Shown here: piece after piece, positions 60,359 through 64,000 of the stretch
How the letters are laid out: every line of letters begins with the position of its first letter
Position numbering within the stretch: the stretch's first letter is position 1
Translations under genes and position numbers: made by a program
Notes under the pieces: model-generated
The model's database searches: none
What the model saw: only the letters and a program-made list of their open reading frames with translations
What the model was told of the DNA's origin: nothing
Assembly (NCBI GenBank): GCA_964016885.1
Contig: OZ024742.1
Span: 122,698,001-122,762,000, forward strand
Length of the DNA stretch: 64,000 nucleotides
Source of the DNA: Eledone cirrhosa
Lineage: Eukaryota
Direction: 5' to 3'

Positions 60359-60497
60359 TCGTAATATATATATTTCGAATATATATATAGTAATAATAAT
60401 AAATTTGAAGACTAAAATCCAAAGAGGGCTCGATAAGGATAAATATATATCAAATATATAAGAACCGTAGAGCAAATATTTATAGATTGAATTTGTT

Positions 60498-60548
60498 AGT
60501 TTCAGAAGATCCCGTTAAGGGTGAAAGCAGCGATTCTTTGCTTAAACT
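60498..60548 (+). ncRNA. Hammerhead-like motif, A4 variant
   Basis: agttt-CAGAAGA-t-ccc-gttaa-ggg-t-GAA-agca-gcgattctt-tgct-T-aaact. Confidence 0.6.
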
Positions 60549-60564
60549 TTAATCTGTTATTTTA

Positions 60565-60610
<46 letters not shown>

Positions 60611-60611
<1 letters not shown>

Positions 60612-60819
60612 ACGGATGAGTTGTGGTAAGGAACCAGAAGGACCATAACGCACCAGAGTACTCAATACTTAGGGTAGTAGAGTGGGTAATAGGAGAAAGT
60701 ATGACCCCGACGGCAGAGCTGAAGCCGTTTCGATGGCTATTTCTGAGATAAAGTCAGACTTTAGTCCAGAAATAGCCGTTGAAACGGCTTGAGCTCTGCC
60801 GTCGGGGTCATACTTTCTC
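60611..60819 (-). mobile_element. Second fold-back 3' end of the same family as 60035-60223
   Basis: Palindrome at 60693-60819. Confidence 0.6.
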
Positions 60820-60996
60820 ATATATATATATATATATGTATGTATATATATATATATGTGTGTGTGTATGTGTGTGGTGTGTGTGTGTGCGTGTGTGTGT
60901 GTGTCTCTGCGAGTCGTTACCACGTATGTAAACCCTCATACATTTCACAGTTAATACACAGCACCCACTCATGCTGTGTAATTATTATATATTCTA

Positions 60997-61190
60997 GGGC
61001 GGTGAATTGGCAGTATCGGTAGAGGGTCGGACACCATGCTTTGACGCATAGAGTTATGGCCCTTGCCATTCTGAGTTCAAATCCCGCCGAGGTTAACTTT
61101 GCCTTTCATCCTTACGGGGTCGATAAAATAAAGTACCAGTAATGTACTGGGATAATTGCTGGCCTTGTTCCAAAAGTAGAAACAATTATT
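60997..61190 (+). mobile_element. Full-length tRNA-derived SINE
   Basis: A-box TGGCAGTATCGG, B-box GAGTTCAAATCCC, conserved GCCTTTCATCCTTACGGGGTCGATAAAA core, (ATT)n tail. Confidence 0.85.
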
Positions 61191-61442
61191 ATATATTCTG
61201 TAAATAACAGAAAAATTGTCTATAATTCGACCGCGCTTGACGCGTGGCGACATGTGCCGAAACGGTGTAAACACTCATCAAGAATAACTAGCTCTTTTAG
61301 ACTAGAAAATGCGTCTATATGATTTATATATAAGTATGTTTGCATTTATATATTCGTGCATACGTATCAATCCACGTCACTTGCTTTTGTATATTTAAGC
61401 ATGTGCTATATATCTATGTATATATATATATATATATATAAA

Positions 61443-61513
<71 letters not shown>

Positions 61514-61853
61514 TTTGCAGCGGGTCACTTTGTGGCTCAATGAAGAGTTAATAAATTAAATAATAAGAGCTATATATCATAAAACATGTCTATAGTATCA
61601 CCAGATAAAATATATACCATTTCCTCTCCCAATTAGCATAATTAACCATATACAAAATCGATTAGACCAAGCTATAAGAATAAAGGCTTCTATGAAGAAA
61701 TCTCCGACAAATAACCAAAAGCAGCCCTTCGCGTCGGTTGTGATGGAATATTTATCGAGTATTTCGACAGCGTGTATTAATCGCTCAGATATACAGTCCA
61801 TTAAACAGAATTAGGTGTAAAATAAACAAGGAGAAAAGTGAACATATTTAGTT

Positions 61854-61931
61854 ACCTCTACCATGGTTTCGTCCGCATTTTAAGATATCTGATAGCATCG
61901 GACACCTAGAGCACCGGACTCTTCAGGAAGT
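61854..61931 (-). ncRNA. Type I hammerhead
   Basis: acttc-CTGAAGA-gtccg...cggac-GAAA-ccatgg-TA-gaggt. Confidence 0.85.
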
Positions 61932-62108
61932 TAGCTCAAATTTAGACAATAAATTTTCCAAAGTGATCGCGCAAAGAATACATTCAAAAATGGCTAAGAA
62001 TCGTGAAGTAGCAGCGATTTTTTATATGGTTAATTATTTTAATTGGGAGAGGAAATGGTATCTGGTGATTCTATAGACATGTTTTATGATATATATATAT
62101 GTATACAT

Positions 62109-62336
<228 letters not shown>

Positions 62337-62613
62337 CGTTTTCATCTACGAATCTACGGTTTTTCTTGCTATCATATATGGCCCTTTAGATTAGAGCACA
62401 TGTTGAATATATTTCTCAATGAGTTTCTTTTGTGTATGTTTGTATATATTTATTCCGGTCGGCATTTATCTATATTAAACCTTCAACTCCTACAACCAAG
62501 CAAGCCACAACAGGCAACCACCTACACAAACATCTATCATTTAAGTTGTGCTTTCCATATACTCATAAACACACACACGCACAAGCACGCATACACACAC
62601 CTATACACACACA

Positions 62614-62658
<45 letters not shown>

Positions 62659-62749
62659 ACACACACATACACAAACACATATATGTGCACTCACACAAAC
62701 ACACACACATACACATATATATATATATATAATATATATGTATATATAT

Positions 62750-63220
62750 ATATTTATTAAAATAACAGATTAAAGTTTAAGCATAGAATCGCTGCTTTCA
62801 CCCTTAACGTTCATTGCCAGAGAACGTCTCTATGCACCACCTAAGAGAACATTAGTCTACGACCTCTTTTATACCATAAACGTGGTTCTGTCTTTGCGCG
62901 TAATTGTTTTTCACCGCTCCTATTAATGACGTATTATTCGTTTTCTCTCGTTCTTTGCCAGCGAACGTTACCACGAACCAAAGTATCGTCTTCCTGTCTT
63001 CCTCCGATTGCAACGTTTTTTGAAATATCCAGTTCTGCGTTTACAGATTGACTTTGTTAGTTTCAGAAGATCCCGTTAAGGGTGAAAGCAGCGATTCTTT
63101 GCTTAAACTTTAATCTGTTATTTTAATAAATATTTGCTCTACGGTTCTTATATATTTGATATATACTTTCCTTATCGATCCCTCTATGGATTTTAGTCTT
63201 CAATTTTATTATTATTACTA
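62750..63220 (+). mobile_element. Non-coding element with inverted tip and A4-variant HHR
   Basis: 62752-62809 is inverted relative to 63075-63131; same family as 30645-30926. Confidence 0.75.
63059..63109 (+). ncRNA. Hammerhead-like motif, A4 variant
   Basis: Identical core to 60498-60548. Confidence 0.6.
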
Positions 63221-63252
63221 TATATATATATATATATATATATATCCAGAGA

Positions 63253-63294
<42 letters not shown>

Positions 63295-64000
63295 TAGAGA
63301 GAGAGAGAGAGAGATAGAGAGTGAAAGAGAGAGAGAGTGAGAGTGAGAGAGAGATATATATAGAGAGAGAGTCAGACGGAGATATCGATAGATATGTGTT
63401 TGTGTGTATATATATACATATTGACAGTAAATATTTTTGAATATTTAATATTTAATATCTAAGGAAATCACAGCCCCGATACTATTTTGGGGTGTCTCTA
63501 AGTTGAACATTAATAAATTGAAATGCTTGACACAAATTTTGCGTTTTGACTTCAATGTTGCGTATTTTCATAAACATTGATTTATTTGCACAAAATTTAT
63601 ATTTATTTTGTATCCATGTGAATATAAATATGATGTGTATCTAACGTACGTTATATTTAAAACTGTTAAGTGTCTTTATTGATTTTGTGTACAATTTTTG
63701 AACCCACATTATTTTGGCATGGAAACAGTTATATGTATACTTAGAGTCTGTTGTTTTATCTATTATAGATTGTTTTTTCTAAATTGAAATGTCCGACTGC
63801 TCATTGGCTCTTCAGTACATTTGGTGTTCTCCACAGTGCAAAGTAATTAAATGTTTAACTAGGAACATGACAGATATTTCCTATGCCAGGAATCAGTTAG
63901 TTTACAATTAATAGAAAATGAAATCAGAATGATGAGATTCAAAATTACATATATTAACTACCAATATAATTAAGTGTGTGACGGAAAGTAAATTTATCTG

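Noticed and set aside
60997-61090. tRNA gene
   Set aside because: A and B boxes are present but there is no cloverleaf; it is the head of a multicopy SINE.

Overview
AT-rich animal genomic DNA, with no host gene that I can support. A cephalopod/octopus-like source is an inference from the SINE family and repeat content. The window is almost entirely nested transposable elements set in long (TA)n arrays. Penelope-like retroelements (PLEs; RT plus C-terminal GIY-YIG endonuclease) of at least three lineages dominate, mostly 5'-truncated and arranged as inverted or partial-tandem insertions. Also present: two Chapaev3-type DNA transposons, Tx1/L1 LINE relics, two non-autonomous Helitrons, a mariner MITE and a tRNA-SINE family. 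The main signal missed by the ORF track is about 30 type I hammerhead ribozyme (HHR) motifs from roughly 15 sequence families, found by manual reading. Several have non-canonical cores (U3-A8 covariation, A4, C4), stem II inserts up to about 114 nt, and palindromic loop III. Several sit in ORF-less, terminally redundant monomers of about 315-760 nt that resemble PLE-mobilised retrozymes. Coordinates were counted by hand and may be off by a few bases.
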